Shown: in pieces, positions 29,374 through 39,294 of the stretch
How the letters are laid out: every line of letters begins with the position of its first letter
Position numbering within the stretch: position 1 is the first letter of the stretch
IMG/VR virus record: IMGVR_UViG_3300042905_004154
Location: 1,217-65,216 of that record
DNA: 64,000 nucleotides
From: a virus
Lineage: Duplodnaviria; Caudoviricetes
Reading direction: 5' to 3' (one strand)
Program-made: the position numbers and the translations under genes
The notes under the pieces: generated by a model
Databases searched by the model: none
Told to the model about the DNA's origin: nothing
What the model saw: the letters and a program-made list of their open reading frames with translations, nothing else

Positions 29374-32300
29374 CTACTCCGGCGCATCGCCGCTCGTGAT
29401 CAGGCGCTCGCCCTCGGCCCCGCGGGAGATGCCGTACTGCGGCAACTGCGCCTTCACCCACGCAGTCCGTTCGCCCACTTCCTTCAGCCCAGCCATGTTC
29501 TCCACGGTGGGCGTAGAGAACCCGAGGGACTGGAGAAGGATGCGAGCAACGTCCGGCGCGTAGGCCTCGCCCTTGCTGCCTTCGTAGGTCAGCGCCTGCC
29601 GGTTCAAGTCGGCGATGCCGGGGAACGACCCGATCAAGGCCGCCACCTCAGGGCGGAAGGTGTAGACGACGGTGCCGCTCTTGTCGTCAATCTTCACCCC
29701 CGGCGTGGCGTCTCGCCAGTCCCCGTCGGCGACACCCGATCGCACCATGAAGCCGGCGATGGCATCGCGCACAGCGTCCGCCGTCTTGGGAATCGACTGG
29801 GCCACCCGCTGCGGGGACCGGCCGGCGGGGTCCATCGACGCGATCAGCGACCCGAGGGTGGGCGACGACCGAGGGTCGAGCATCGGCGCGAGTGCCTCAC
29901 CCGGCGTGTTCATGCTCAGCCAGTCACCCGAAACCCCAAGAGTCTTCAGACCGATCGCACCGGCGGCGAGGGAGCCCGCCGTCACCATCGAGAACCACTC
30001 CATCGACCCGGCGAGGCCAGAGTGGGGGGCGACCGCGTGCCACGTCTCGGTGGGCACCACCTTCCCCTCGGTGGTGACCGGGTGCTTCATCCGAACCTGC
30101 GTCCGGTCGCGGAGGTAGGACCGCGCCATCTGCTCGCTGTACCACGGGGACAGGTAGGCGCGGATGATGTCCACGTCGTCCGGCTCGAGCCATGCCTCCT
30201 TGGGGATGGTGGGGTCTTTGGCCCACTCCATCGTCACCGGCACCGTAGGGTTGCTGCGAAGGAGGATCGCGTTCCAGTTCTCGGGCGTGAGGTCGGGGTT
30301 GACCGCCTCCGCCAAGGCGCGGAACCGCCTGAACCGGTCGTAGTGCTTGACCTCGTCCGCGAGCATGAAGGTGTTGAGAATGCCTACGTCGTCCCCTTCC
30401 GTGGTGGGCGCCTCGGCAGCCATCTCCTGCGCCTTCTCGCCGACCTGGTGCGTGACCCTCAGTCGGTACGCGCCCATCGGCGAGGCCACCGAGTTGATGA
30501 CCAGACGGTTCATCGACTTCTGCCACGACCAGAACGGGAGAAGCACCTGACGGAGCCAGTGCTGCTCCCCCTCGCTCAGGATGGCCCGGTAGTCGAACAG
30601 CGCCTCAACGGTTGCGCGCCCGGCCTGCGCCGGCTGCATTCCTTCCTCGATCAGGACCGTGTAGAGGGCGAGGCGCTTCCGGAGCGACACCGTCTCCGCG
30701 ATCGAACTCACGCCCTCGGCGGGAACCCGGAACAGCTTACTGAGTCCGTTCACGGACTGCACGAGCTCGGCCCGGTCGAAGCTGTCGTACACGCCCGTCT
30801 CGATGGCGGTGCGGCGCAGTTCGCTCGCCTTCCACACCCTGTCGCCGATGGTCACCAGTTCGTCGCCACCGTCCATGATGGTGCTGATCTCGACCCGCAT
30901 CGCGCCCATGCCGAGCATGTTGGACACCTTGCCGGCGAGCGTCTCCCCGACCGCACCACCGGCGTGGATCAACTTGGCGATGGCGCCCTTGTTCTTCCCG
31001 GCAGCGTAGGCGAGGAACACGCCGAGTCCGAAGTCCACACCGCCCTGCACGACCGACCGAACTACCGGCGCGACGGCATCACCGATCACCGCCCGCGCGA
31101 CGTGGCCGGCAACGCTCGGGATCGCGGACCGAAGGATCGCCACCACCGAGGAACCCTCGGCGCGAACGGCAGTCTTGAGCGCCTGCTTCATTCCGACCGC
31201 GATCATGATCTGCTCGGTGTCGCCGGGCATGTTGTTGAGCATGTAGCCGGGCTTGCTGGCGAGTACCCCGCGGGTGTTGGCGAGCTTCCACACGCTCAGC
31301 ATGTTGTTCCCGCCGTAGGTCTGCGGGGTGAACGTGCGCGCGATGGCGCCCGTCATGCGCTCGCGGACCATCCGCGGAACGTAGATTTGCTCGGTCATCA
31401 CGGCGTTGTAGAGCCCGATCCGCTCGGCGGCCCTCGCGTCCTGGCGAGCACCCGGAACGCCAACCTTGCCGCCAACCTGCACATCCTTGCCGCCGATGCT
31501 CTCGATCTTGGGAGCGTCCAGCGCCCCGGCGCCCACCATCCGGTTGGAGGCGACGGCTCGCTCCACCATGGTCGCGGGGCTGAGCGCCCGTATCGTCTCC
31601 TCATCGAACCGGCCCCCCGCGAGGGCACGGATCGCATCGGCGTCCTGCTTGGTGAACACGATGCCGTCGCCGAAGCCCTTGTTGAGCAGCACGACGTTCT
31701 CGGCCTGCGCGGCGATCCAGCCCGTGGTGATCCGAGTCCACGCCTCGGGCACTTCGCCGTCACGGGTGAACCGCTTGGCGGTCGTGTGCAGTCGCTCCAT
31801 GAACTCGGCCGCGTCGATCTTGCCGGCGCGGGCGGCCTCGAGCGTGGACTCAAACGCCTTCCAGAACGGTAACTTGGCGCCATCCTGCTCTGGGCGCCCG
31901 GCGATTCCGGCTCCCGTGAGGCTCTCGAGCGTGCTCTTCGCCTGCATGTCGGTCGAGAGAAGCGCGTCGAGGTACTGGTCCACGTCTGCCTTCTGCACGT
32001 TCACGAGGTTCGTGAACACGTCGAAGCGGTCCATGCCGGTGGTCAGGAGCCCCTTGCCGGCGCCCCCTGGCTTGCCCCGTAGGAAGTCCGCCGCCTCGTC
32101 CAGAGACTCCATCTTGCCTACGTCGCCCGCGATGGCGTCGAGCCGGCGCTCGGCGGCGAGGGTCCACTCCCGCGCCTCCTTCGACAGCCCCTCCTTCGCC
32201 CACGGCGCCATCTCGTTGCCGCCCATGAAGACCAACTTGACGGCTCGAACCGCGCCGTTCTTCAGGTCGCGTAGCAGGGTGGGGTTGGCCTTCACGCCCC

Positions 32301-35300
32301 GGAACCGGCTCGCGCTCTCGCCGAGGAGAATGCTCGGGGCCGCCGAGCGAAGCGGGCTGACGCGCCGAGTTGCCTCGGCCGCCTCGGTCGCGTAGGTCCG
32401 CATCAGGGCGTCCACGTCGCCCATCATCTGCGGCGTGATCTGGTCGACCGGTGCCGTCGCGAGCACCTTGTCGACCGCCGCCTCTGCGCGTGCGAGGGTG
32501 CCCTTGCCGACGAGGGTGCCCTCGAGCTGGAGAACGGCCGCGTCACGGAAGGCGGCGCGCTGAGCCGGCGTGACCGCAATCCCGCCGTTCATCACCTCGC
32601 GCACTGCCTTCTCCAGCCGCGGAGTGACGGCCTTGAGCGCCTTCGCCAACCGCTCCCCGGTGAACATCCGGCGGGCAGCGTCTGCGGCCGCTGCCGCGTC
32701 GACCAGGGCCTTCGTCGCCGGCGTCGGGGGCGTGGACCCCACCGCCTCCACGAGCGCCCGCACCGCGCCCTGTGACGCTGCCGGGGCGATGGCCTCCTGC
32801 GCGCCGAGGGCGAGCTCGCGTGCCGTGGTGGCCGCGCTGTCGAACAACCGCTCCGCGTAGGCTGCAGCCTCGGCCGGCGTGAGCTTGGCCGCGTTGGGAC
32901 CGGTCGACGTGGCGAGCGCGGCCACACGACGCAGTCCTTCCGCGAAGCCAAGGGCGGCGAACTGGCTGCTGGCACGTTCCGCCCGCGCCTTCTGCTCGGC
33001 CTTCTCCGCGCCCTCCAGCGTGCCCTTCATCGGGGTGGCGCTGTACTGGACGGAGCCGGGCGACTTGACACGGGCGGGCGGGGCGTAGAGGAAGTCGTCG
33101 CTCTTCTGGGCGACCTGTGCTGCATCATCCAACAGCGAGCCGAACACTGCCTTGCTCAACGCTGGCGGAACGCCGTTTCCGATGATGGTGGTCGCGAGCG
33201 CCGCATTCGTTGGCAGAGGGTAGTCGTCGGGAAGCCCAGTCAGACGCGCCAGCACCTGCGGCGTGACACGCTTCACCCGCCCGTCGGGCAGGATGATCCG
33301 ATGAAGTTCGCCGGGGGTGGCCTTGATGGTGGGCGCCGCACCACCCGCGAAGGCGTGTGGCACGGTCGTACTCCCAGCGCTTCCGCCCATCACAAGGAGC
33401 GGCTTCTCGACGCGATCGGGATCAATGCCGCGGGCCTTCAGACGCTCGCGCGCCCACGGGGGAACGGGCGTAGCGTCTGGTAGGTCGTCCACGAGGTCTG
33501 CCACGGTGCCGTACCAGTCGACATGCGGCTGCGCGCCGCGCGAACCGTGCGTAGGGACAGGGGGCGGCGGAAGCGTCCCGCCCTTGACGGCCCGCAACAG
33601 AAGCCGCTTTCGGCTGGTTGGGGCGCCGAAGTCGGCGGCGTCGTACACGAGCGCGTCGAAGGTGTAGCCCTCCTCTCGAAGCGCATCCTCCACGAGGCGC
33701 ATGGCCTCGGAGTTCTGGTAGCCCTTGACGTTCTCCAGCGTGAACACGCGAGGCTTCGTCTTTCGGATGGCGTCGGCAGTAGCCTGGGCGGTGAGGAGGT
33801 CGAGGGGCTGCTCGCCGTCTTCCGTTACGACCTTGGCGGCGCTGAAGTTCTTGCAGACCGGCGAGGCGTGCAGGTAGTCCACGTCGCCGGCTTCCCCGAT
33901 GTCGACGTTCCGAACGTCGTCAATGCGGACATGCCCGCCGTGAGCCGCCTTGTAGTGCGCGCCGATGTCCGCGTTCGCCTCGACCGCGAACACCGGATCG
34001 ACCTGTCCGCGCAGGCCGACCTCTACGAGCCCGCCGCCGCTGAACATGGTGGCGGTGCGGGGCTTGCCGCCAGCGCCGCGGAAGGGCGTGGGACCAGAGC
34101 CCTTCTGGCGCGCGTACAGGGCGTCCGCCGCCCTCCGCCCAACCACGCCCTCGATCTCCGGCACTACCCGCGGGTCCATGCCCGCCTCTGTCAGCGCCGC
34201 CTTGTAGGCCTCGACCTCCTTCTGGGCGCCCCCCACCTTCGGGTGCTCCACCAGCCACGCAAAGTCGGTGGTGGGCGACTTCGCCTGCACCGCCATGGCG
34301 GCGTCACGAACGCGCGTGGCCCATGGCGACGTGTCCGACGCACGGATGACCGTCGCCGACCCACCACCCTCGCGGATGATCGTCTGCGTGTTGGAGAGAA
34401 CGTGGCCGAGGGCGTCCGTGTCGCTGAACCCGAGAATCTTCGCCATGGTGGCGACGAACGAGTCCCACAGGGAGCGAGACGACTCGCCGCCCGTGCCGAG
34501 TACGATCTCACCGTCCTTGACCGTGACCTTGACCTCGCGCAGAAGCGCCTGGAACTCGGGCGACGACAGCGCCTCTGCCACGAACTCGTCGGTGTTCTTG
34601 AGCCCGTAGATGCGGCCCATGTCCTCGATGCCGGGGATGCGGCGCACGAGCTCGTGCAACTGCCCGAGGTTGCGAACGGCCCTCTGGACCGCAGGCGAGT
34701 ACAGGTGCGGGTTCGTGAGCGCGTTGTGCGTGATGACGTGGGCAGCCTCGTGAACCATCGTCTTCGCGGTGGCGTTCGTGGCGAGGTCGATCACCTCGAC
34801 GCCGGGGTCGTAGCGACCGACCGCTGAGCCGGGCAGGGCTACGTCCGTGCGAACGACGACCGCAGCGAGGTCATCGCCGCGAGTCTCGGCGAGGTGCTTG
34901 GCGACTGCCGCAACGGCCTCGTCGCCACTCTCCGCTGCTGCCGTCGCCACGTCCGCGAGCACGGTGTTGGCGCGGCCGGGCTTGGGCGCCCAGTCGGACC
35001 AAATCTCGAAGCCCTCCAAGGGGCCGCCTTCCCTGACCGCTGCTTCTGCCTCGGCGCGGGTGGCGAACGTCGTCTCGATGGCGTCCTCGGCCTCGCCAAT
35101 GGTCTTGCCGCGGTAGCCGACCTTGATGGGGAGGGCGCCTTCGGCTACCTCGAAGAGGTCGTCGCCGGGATCGAAAGGACGAACCTCACCAACTCCTTCG
35201 GCGACATCGACTCCCGCTGCTTCTCCATCTGGACCCAGTGGTCGTCCAGATGATCCAGCGCGTCCACGTCGCTCGGCCACAACTCGCCGCGCGGCTTCAT

Positions 35301-38300
35301 CGAATGCGATGTCGGCGGTTTCTCGGGCACCGAGTTCTCCATAGAGCCTCTTCTCGTAGTACCACAGAATGGCCTGGATGTCCGCAAGCGACGTGGGCAT
35401 CCCCTGCTTCTTCAGGATCGCCTGCGCTTCCATCGCGGCCTCGCGCATGAACTTCCGGTCTGCGCCGCCAGTCGGGGCGTCGGCCAGTTCGTCAAAGGCC
35501 GCCTTCCACACGGTGTTCGCGGCCACCTCCGCCTCGGTGCCCTCCTTGAACCCCTTGGCCTCGTAGGACTTGCGGAGCGGAACGGTGGCGGACAGGACCG
35601 CATCATCCGTCATCGCGGGGTCGCCAAGCAGTACCTTCATGCGGTCGAGCCCCTCACGGGTGGGGCGCTCCAGCAGGGTTCCGCGATACCGGTTGAACGT
35701 GCGCGACCACCACCGGTCCATGGTGAGGTAGCCCTCGGCCCCCATCAGGTTTGCGTAGAACGCTCCGAGCTTCGGCCCGAAGAGTGACGCTGCCGTCGGA
35801 ATACGCGCGCTCACCAGCTCGCCCGCAATCTCCTTCCTCTTGGTCGCCCGTGCCTGCTTGTTGTACTGACCGACGGTGATCTCATCGAGCAGCCGCTTGA
35901 AAGCAGGGGCGCCGCCCTCGTCGTGCAGTTCCTGAATCACGGCGAGCGACTTGTCGATGCTCGACTGCCGGACATGGCCGATGGGCGTGGAGAACTTGCC
36001 GGTCTTCCGGAAGTTGTCGTAGATGTCCGCCGCCATCTTCATGTTCGGCATGACCTTGTTGCCGTCAGAGGTGACGGCCACCAGCGCGGTGAAGATCATC
36101 CTCGCTTCTGGGTCCGACGCGAGCTCTGGGAACTCCTCCGCCATCGTGTCGATGGCACGCTGATACTTCTCCGAGTACCACCCAGCGCCCGACCGTCCGG
36201 CCTGCGCCTTCTCGAACGCGACCTCCTCCGCCATCCACTTCGCGATCTTGCGGCGCGCGGCAGGGCTCTGGTCCTTTGCGTCGATCAGTCCGTACTTCTT
36301 GCGTTGACGAGCCTCCAGTGCTGCGGCCACCTCGCGCGTCGTGTACTTCTTCTTGCGTGGGGGCAAGCCGAACTTGGCGAGCGTCTCCTCGCCCTTTCGG
36401 ACCGTCACCGTCTGGTACAGGTGCCGCGGGTCTTTCGGGTTCCACGTCCCCACGTTGCCGGTGGCGGACTTGACCTGGGTGGGCTCGAAGGCGACCCAGT
36501 GCTCGGTGTCGGGGTTGATGCCGGGCATGCGCTGCCCGAACTTCCGGCCCGCGCCGAACTCCTTGTCCGCACTGATGACGATGCCGTCGAAGCCCATCTC
36601 GCGGTAGACATCCTGCAGGAACTGGCCGGGGGAGGAGCGCTCACCGTCCGCGTACCAGTCCGAGCCAACGCGGCGCACGGCCTGCTCGAGGTCCGCCGCG
36701 GTGAAGCCGTCGGGGTCATCGAGTACGGAGAGCACCTCGTCGGCGAGGTTGTCGTCGTCGTAGTCGCGGGCCACGCGCTGGATGGCCTCCTTCGCCTGCA
36801 CGCCGAGCCCCTCCTCGCCGAGGAAGTCCTCCCCATCTTCCGACCACTTCGTCTCGATGTCGAAGCGCGTCACCTTGCCGGGGCGCAGGTCGACGGGCTT
36901 CTTGATGGCGGCGTACAGGGGCAGAACGGCGCCGCCGTGCTGGCCCGCAATCTGCTGCTCGGCCTTCCACCGGGTCACCTCGTCCAGCAGGCGCGGACCA
37001 GCCGACACCGACTCGGGGTCACCGACGGCGGCCCGGAGCACGTCCGCGTCCGCCTTTCGCTCAGGGTGAGCGGCCGCCCACTCGTCCACGAGCGAGCTGG
37101 CTTCGTCAGGGTCGTCCCAGACATCGACCATCTCTTCGTGGCGACTCTCGATACGGCTCTTGATGTCCGCGCCCTGACGGGTGGCGTAGTTGGCGCCCAC
37201 ATCCTCGGCGGAGGAGGTCAGGTAGATACCGCGGCCGTGGTGGTTCTCGACGTTGGCGAGGGTGGGGTTGAACGCATCGAACTCGTGCGTGGTGCCGTGG
37301 TAGAGGCGCTTCGGGGCGCCCTCCTCGTCCACGGCCTTGGTGCCCTCGATGAAGCGCTTGAAGGCGGGCGTGTCGGTCTGGTCGCCGGGGGTGCGCCGAA
37401 CCGGAGCCCCCCCTCCCTCCGCATACAGCACCCCACCGCTCGCTCGCTTCGCTGCTGCGGCCGGCTGGGCCGCCTCCACCGCCGCGCGCTCAGCCTGCGT
37501 CCGAACCCGAGCGGCGTCCGCAATGGCATCCTTGGCGCTCTGCGTGAGCGGTTTCGTCATCTGCTCGGCCTCGTCCGCCGCCTTCCTCAACGCCTCAACG
37601 ACCTCGTCCTCCGTGGCGCCCTTCGCGATCAGGTCGCCGAAGTACGCCGCCTTCTTGTCCGCGTCGACCGCCACCGTCGACACGTCCTTCTCCGCCCGCA
37701 GCAGTTTCTCTTCCTTCGACACTCCGATGGGGGCGCCCGCGGCCTTCGCCCCGTAGACCAGGAGCTCGAGCGGGCCAGGGGTGAGCAGGCTCGCGACGAA
37801 CGCACTGGCCCCCACATTGAAGTTGAGGGACTTGCCGCCCACATACTCGGCCGCGTCCGTCACCGCGTCGGGAGCGCCAACCGTCTCGCCCGCCGAACGA
37901 AGCAGACGACGCCCTGTCCCCTCGACATCGGCCTCGCTCTTCGCGCCGAAGTAGTCCCGGCGCGCCCGGATGGACTCAGGGGACATCGGAACGGTGATCC
38001 CGGCGATCTGACCGTAGTCGTAGGTGGGCAGCTCCTCCCCCGGCTTGTCGCCGAACAGACCACGGAGAAGGGCGGCTGGGAGCCCGGTCGAGACGATCGC
38101 ATACTCGGTCGACCCACCAATGGCGTCCAGTGCGTAGGACGGCAGCGACTGCACGCGGGCGACCGGCTCGCCCGCCTCGTTCACGCCGATCACTTCCGCC
38201 GTCGGCTTGAAGGCGTCGATCACGCTGGTGGGGTCGCGGTCCGCAGGCATCAGACCCTTGGGGCCCCACATTCCGACCGTCTTCAGGGTCGCCAAGTCCT

Positions 38301-39294
38301 CCATTGCGTCTTGCTTTACGGCCAACCGGTCAGGGTGGTCCTCGGGGAGGTCCGCGAGTTTCTGCCCCTTCGGCCGGAGCGCATCGACCTTCGACAGCCG
38401 GTAGCGGTAGTAGCGCTCGTACTGCGGGTCCGATGCGTTCACCAGCGCGATGCCGAGGTCTTCCAGCGGCGCGTCCTCGGCCACGCCCATCGCATTGCGA
38501 AGCCCCACGTCGTTGATCAGCCGCTCCGCCCGCGCGCGAACGTCGGACCGAAGGGCGGCCGTAGCCACCTTCGTTTCCGGCGACGGCATCAACTCTTTGG
38601 CAAACTTCTTCTGGACAGGCTCCACCTGGTCCTTGAAGAGGGTGCGCGCGAGCAGTGCCACCACAGGGTTCGTGTGGGGCAGGGGCAACCCACCCGTTCC
38701 GATCGCTTCGACGGCCTCGACCTCCTTCTTGGTCGGCTTGGGCAGGACCGCCCTCTCCATCTCGCGCTCAGGCGGCCCGTACACCGGCCCAGTCGGCGTG
38801 CCGACCTCGCCCAGCGTGCTGGACTTCGGCAGGCTGGCGGCGGCGTCCTGTAGTTCCCGCACCGTCCCGAACGTCGGCAGCGCATCCACGTAGGCCTGTG
38901 CGGCTTCCGGGGTGGCGCCTGTGTCGATCTGCTCGTAGTAGCCCCACGGCATCGCCGGGTCGCCTTCGTAGGGCGCGGTGACGGGCTTGGGCCCCGCCTT
39001 CTTGACCACCACGACCGGGTCTGCAACCTTGGGGGCGGACGGCGCGACACGCACGGGCGCAGGCGTTGCCACAACTGGTGCCGGGGCGGGCTTCGCGGCA
39101 ACGACCGGCTCCGGCTTCAGCCCGAGCAGTCGATCGCGCCGGCTCTGCCCCGAAGGCGCAGGCGCTGCCTCGGCAACGGGTTCCACCACCGGTTCGACCG
39201 TTGGCTCGACCACGGGCGTGGCCACGGGCTCATCGGACGCAGGAAGCCCAAGGAGCCTCTGACGACGTGCTTCCTTGCTGGCTGCGTCACTCAT
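29374..39294 (-). CDS. Giant (3306 aa) polyvalent putative ejection protein: ART-like, HhH-glycosylase-like, zincin and C5-MTase domains
   Basis: LYHGT...GRGIYLTS...FDGI...VAFEPTQVKSATGN; GWY...TSDG...GPKLGAFYANL..TMDRW...QAILW; HEAAH...EFVAE; FSGGG, SPVC, ENV, RKR, GNGVPP; last of the internal-virion-type genes. Confidence 0.85.
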   Translation of the reverse strand: MSDAASKEARRQRLLGLPASDEPVATPVVEPTVEPVVEPVAEAAPAPSGQSRRDRLLGLKPEPVVAAKPAPAPVVATPAPVRVAPSAPKVADPVVVVKKAGPKPVTAPYEGDPAMPWGYYEQIDTGATPEAAQAYVDALPTFGTVRELQDAAASLPKSSTLGEVGTPTGPVYGPPEREMERAVLPKPTKKEVEAVEAIGTGGLPLPHTNPVVALLARTLFKDQVEPVQKKFAKELMPSPETKVATAALRSDVRARAERLINDVGLRNAMGVAEDAPLEDLGIALVNASDPQYERYYRYRLSKVDALRPKGQKLADLPEDHPDRLAVKQDAMEDLATLKTVGMWGPKGLMPADRDPTSVIDAFKPTAEVIGVNEAGEPVARVQSLPSYALDAIGGSTEYAIVSTGLPAALLRGLFGDKPGEELPTYDYGQIAGITVPMSPESIRARRDYFGAKSEADVEGTGRRLLRSAGETVGAPDAVTDAAEYVGGKSLNFNVGASAFVASLLTPGPLELLVYGAKAAGAPIGVSKEEKLLRAEKDVSTVAVDADKKAAYFGDLIAKGATEDEVVEALRKAADEAEQMTKPLTQSAKDAIADAARVRTQAERAAVEAAQPAAAAKRASGGVLYAEGGGAPVRRTPGDQTDTPAFKRFIEGTKAVDEEGAPKRLYHGTTHEFDAFNPTLANVENHHGRGIYLTSSAEDVGANYATRQGADIKSRIESRHEEMVDVWDDPDEASSLVDEWAAAHPERKADADVLRAAVGDPESVSAGPRLLDEVTRWKAEQQIAGQHGGAVLPLYAAIKKPVDLRPGKVTRFDIETKWSEDGEDFLGEEGLGVQAKEAIQRVARDYDDDNLADEVLSVLDDPDGFTAADLEQAVRRVGSDWYADGERSSPGQFLQDVYREMGFDGIVISADKEFGAGRKFGQRMPGINPDTEHWVAFEPTQVKSATGNVGTWNPKDPRHLYQTVTVRKGEETLAKFGLPPRKKKYTTREVAAALEARQRKKYGLIDAKDQSPAARRKIAKWMAEEVAFEKAQAGRSGAGWYSEKYQRAIDTMAEEFPELASDPEARMIFTALVAVTSDGNKVMPNMKMAADIYDNFRKTGKFSTPIGHVRQSSIDKSLAVIQELHDEGGAPAFKRLLDEITVGQYNKQARATKRKEIAGELVSARIPTAASLFGPKLGAFYANLMGAEGYLTMDRWWSRTFNRYRGTLLERPTREGLDRMKVLLGDPAMTDDAVLSATVPLRKSYEAKGFKEGTEAEVAANTVWKAAFDELADAPTGGADRKFMREAAMEAQAILKKQGMPTSLADIQAILWYYEKRLYGELGARETADIAFDEAARRVVAERRGRAGSSGRPLGPDGEAAGVDVAEGVGEVRPFDPGDDLFEVAEGALPIKVGYRGKTIGEAEDAIETTFATRAEAEAAVREGGPLEGFEIWSDWAPKPGRANTVLADVATAAAESGDEAVAAVAKHLAETRGDDLAAVVVRTDVALPGSAVGRYDPGVEVIDLATNATAKTMVHEAAHVITHNALTNPHLYSPAVQRAVRNLGQLHELVRRIPGIEDMGRIYGLKNTDEFVAEALSSPEFQALLREVKVTVKDGEIVLGTGGESSRSLWDSFVATMAKILGFSDTDALGHVLSNTQTIIREGGGSATVIRASDTSPWATRVRDAAMAVQAKSPTTDFAWLVEHPKVGGAQKEVEAYKAALTEAGMDPRVVPEIEGVVGRRAADALYARQKGSGPTPFRGAGGKPRTATMFSGGGLVEVGLRGQVDPVFAVEANADIGAHYKAAHGGHVRIDDVRNVDIGEAGDVDYLHASPVCKNFSAAKVVTEDGEQPLDLLTAQATADAIRKTKPRVFTLENVKGYQNSEAMRLVEDALREEGYTFDALVYDAADFGAPTSRKRLLLRAVKGGTLPPPPVPTHGSRGAQPHVDWYGTVADLVDDLPDATPVPPWARERLKARGIDPDRVEKPLLVMGGSAGSTTVPHAFAGGAAPTIKATPGELHRIILPDGRVKRVTPQVLARLTGLPDDYPLPTNAALATTIIGNGVPPALSKAVFGSLLDDAAQVAQKSDDFLYAPPARVKSPGSVQYSATPMKGTLEGAEKAEQKARAERASSQFAALGFAEGLRRVAALATSTGPNAAKLTPAEAAAYAERLFDSAATTARELALGAQEAIAPAASQGAVRALVEAVGSTPPTPATKALVDAAAAADAARRMFTGERLAKALKAVTPRLEKAVREVMNGGIAVTPAQRAAFRDAAVLQLEGTLVGKGTLARAEAAVDKVLATAPVDQITPQMMGDVDALMRTYATEAAEATRRVSPLRSAAPSILLGESASRFRGVKANPTLLRDLKNGAVRAVKLVFMGGNEMAPWAKEGLSKEAREWTLAAERRLDAIAGDVGKMESLDEAADFLRGKPGGAGKGLLTTGMDRFDVFTNLVNVQKADVDQYLDALLSTDMQAKSTLESLTGAGIAGRPEQDGAKLPFWKAFESTLEAARAGKIDAAEFMERLHTTAKRFTRDGEVPEAWTRITTGWIAAQAENVVLLNKGFGDGIVFTKQDADAIRALAGGRFDEETIRALSPATMVERAVASNRMVGAGALDAPKIESIGGKDVQVGGKVGVPGARQDARAAERIGLYNAVMTEQIYVPRMVRERMTGAIARTFTPQTYGGNNMLSVWKLANTRGVLASKPGYMLNNMPGDTEQIMIAVGMKQALKTAVRAEGSSVVAILRSAIPSVAGHVARAVIGDAVAPVVRSVVQGGVDFGLGVFLAYAAGKNKGAIAKLIHAGGAVGETLAGKVSNMLGMGAMRVEISTIMDGGDELVTIGDRVWKASELRRTAIETGVYDSFDRAELVQSVNGLSKLFRVPAEGVSSIAETVSLRKRLALYTVLIEEGMQPAQAGRATVEALFDYRAILSEGEQHWLRQVLLPFWSWQKSMNRLVINSVASPMGAYRLRVTHQVGEKAQEMAAEAPTTEGDDVGILNTFMLADEVKHYDRFRRFRALAEAVNPDLTPENWNAILLRSNPTVPVTMEWAKDPTIPKEAWLEPDDVDIIRAYLSPWYSEQMARSYLRDRTQVRMKHPVTTEGKVVPTETWHAVAPHSGLAGSMEWFSMVTAGSLAAGAIGLKTLGVSGDWLSMNTPGEALAPMLDPRSSPTLGSLIASMDPAGRSPQRVAQSIPKTADAVRDAIAGFMVRSGVADGDWRDATPGVKIDDKSGTVVYTFRPEVAALIGSFPGIADLNRQALTYEGSKGEAYAPDVARILLQSLGFSTPTVENMAGLKEVGERTAWVKAQLPQYGISRGAEGERLITSGDAPE
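35145..35342 (-). CDS. Candidate nested (overprinted) 65-aa gene inside the giant ORF
   Basis: MENSVPEK...LWPSDVDALDHLDDHWVQMEKQRESMSPKELVRFVLSIP; AGAGG SD-like motif; host-frame GC3 collapses over this interval. Confidence 0.55.
   Translation of the reverse strand: MENSVPEKPPTSHSMKPRGELWPSDVDALDHLDDHWVQMEKQRESMSPKELVRFVLSIPATTSSR

Noticed and set aside
33438-33686. Second nested ORF inside the C5-MTase cassette
   Set aside because: Arg/Ser/Pro-rich shadow-like translation with no SD, over a conserved catalytic region
35923-38853. 976-aa plus-strand ORF (also 12874-15291 -, 4457-6655 +, 52332-54623 +, 55622-57742 +)
   Set aside because: Antisense shadows of real genes, expected in high-GC DNA; no recognisable motifs
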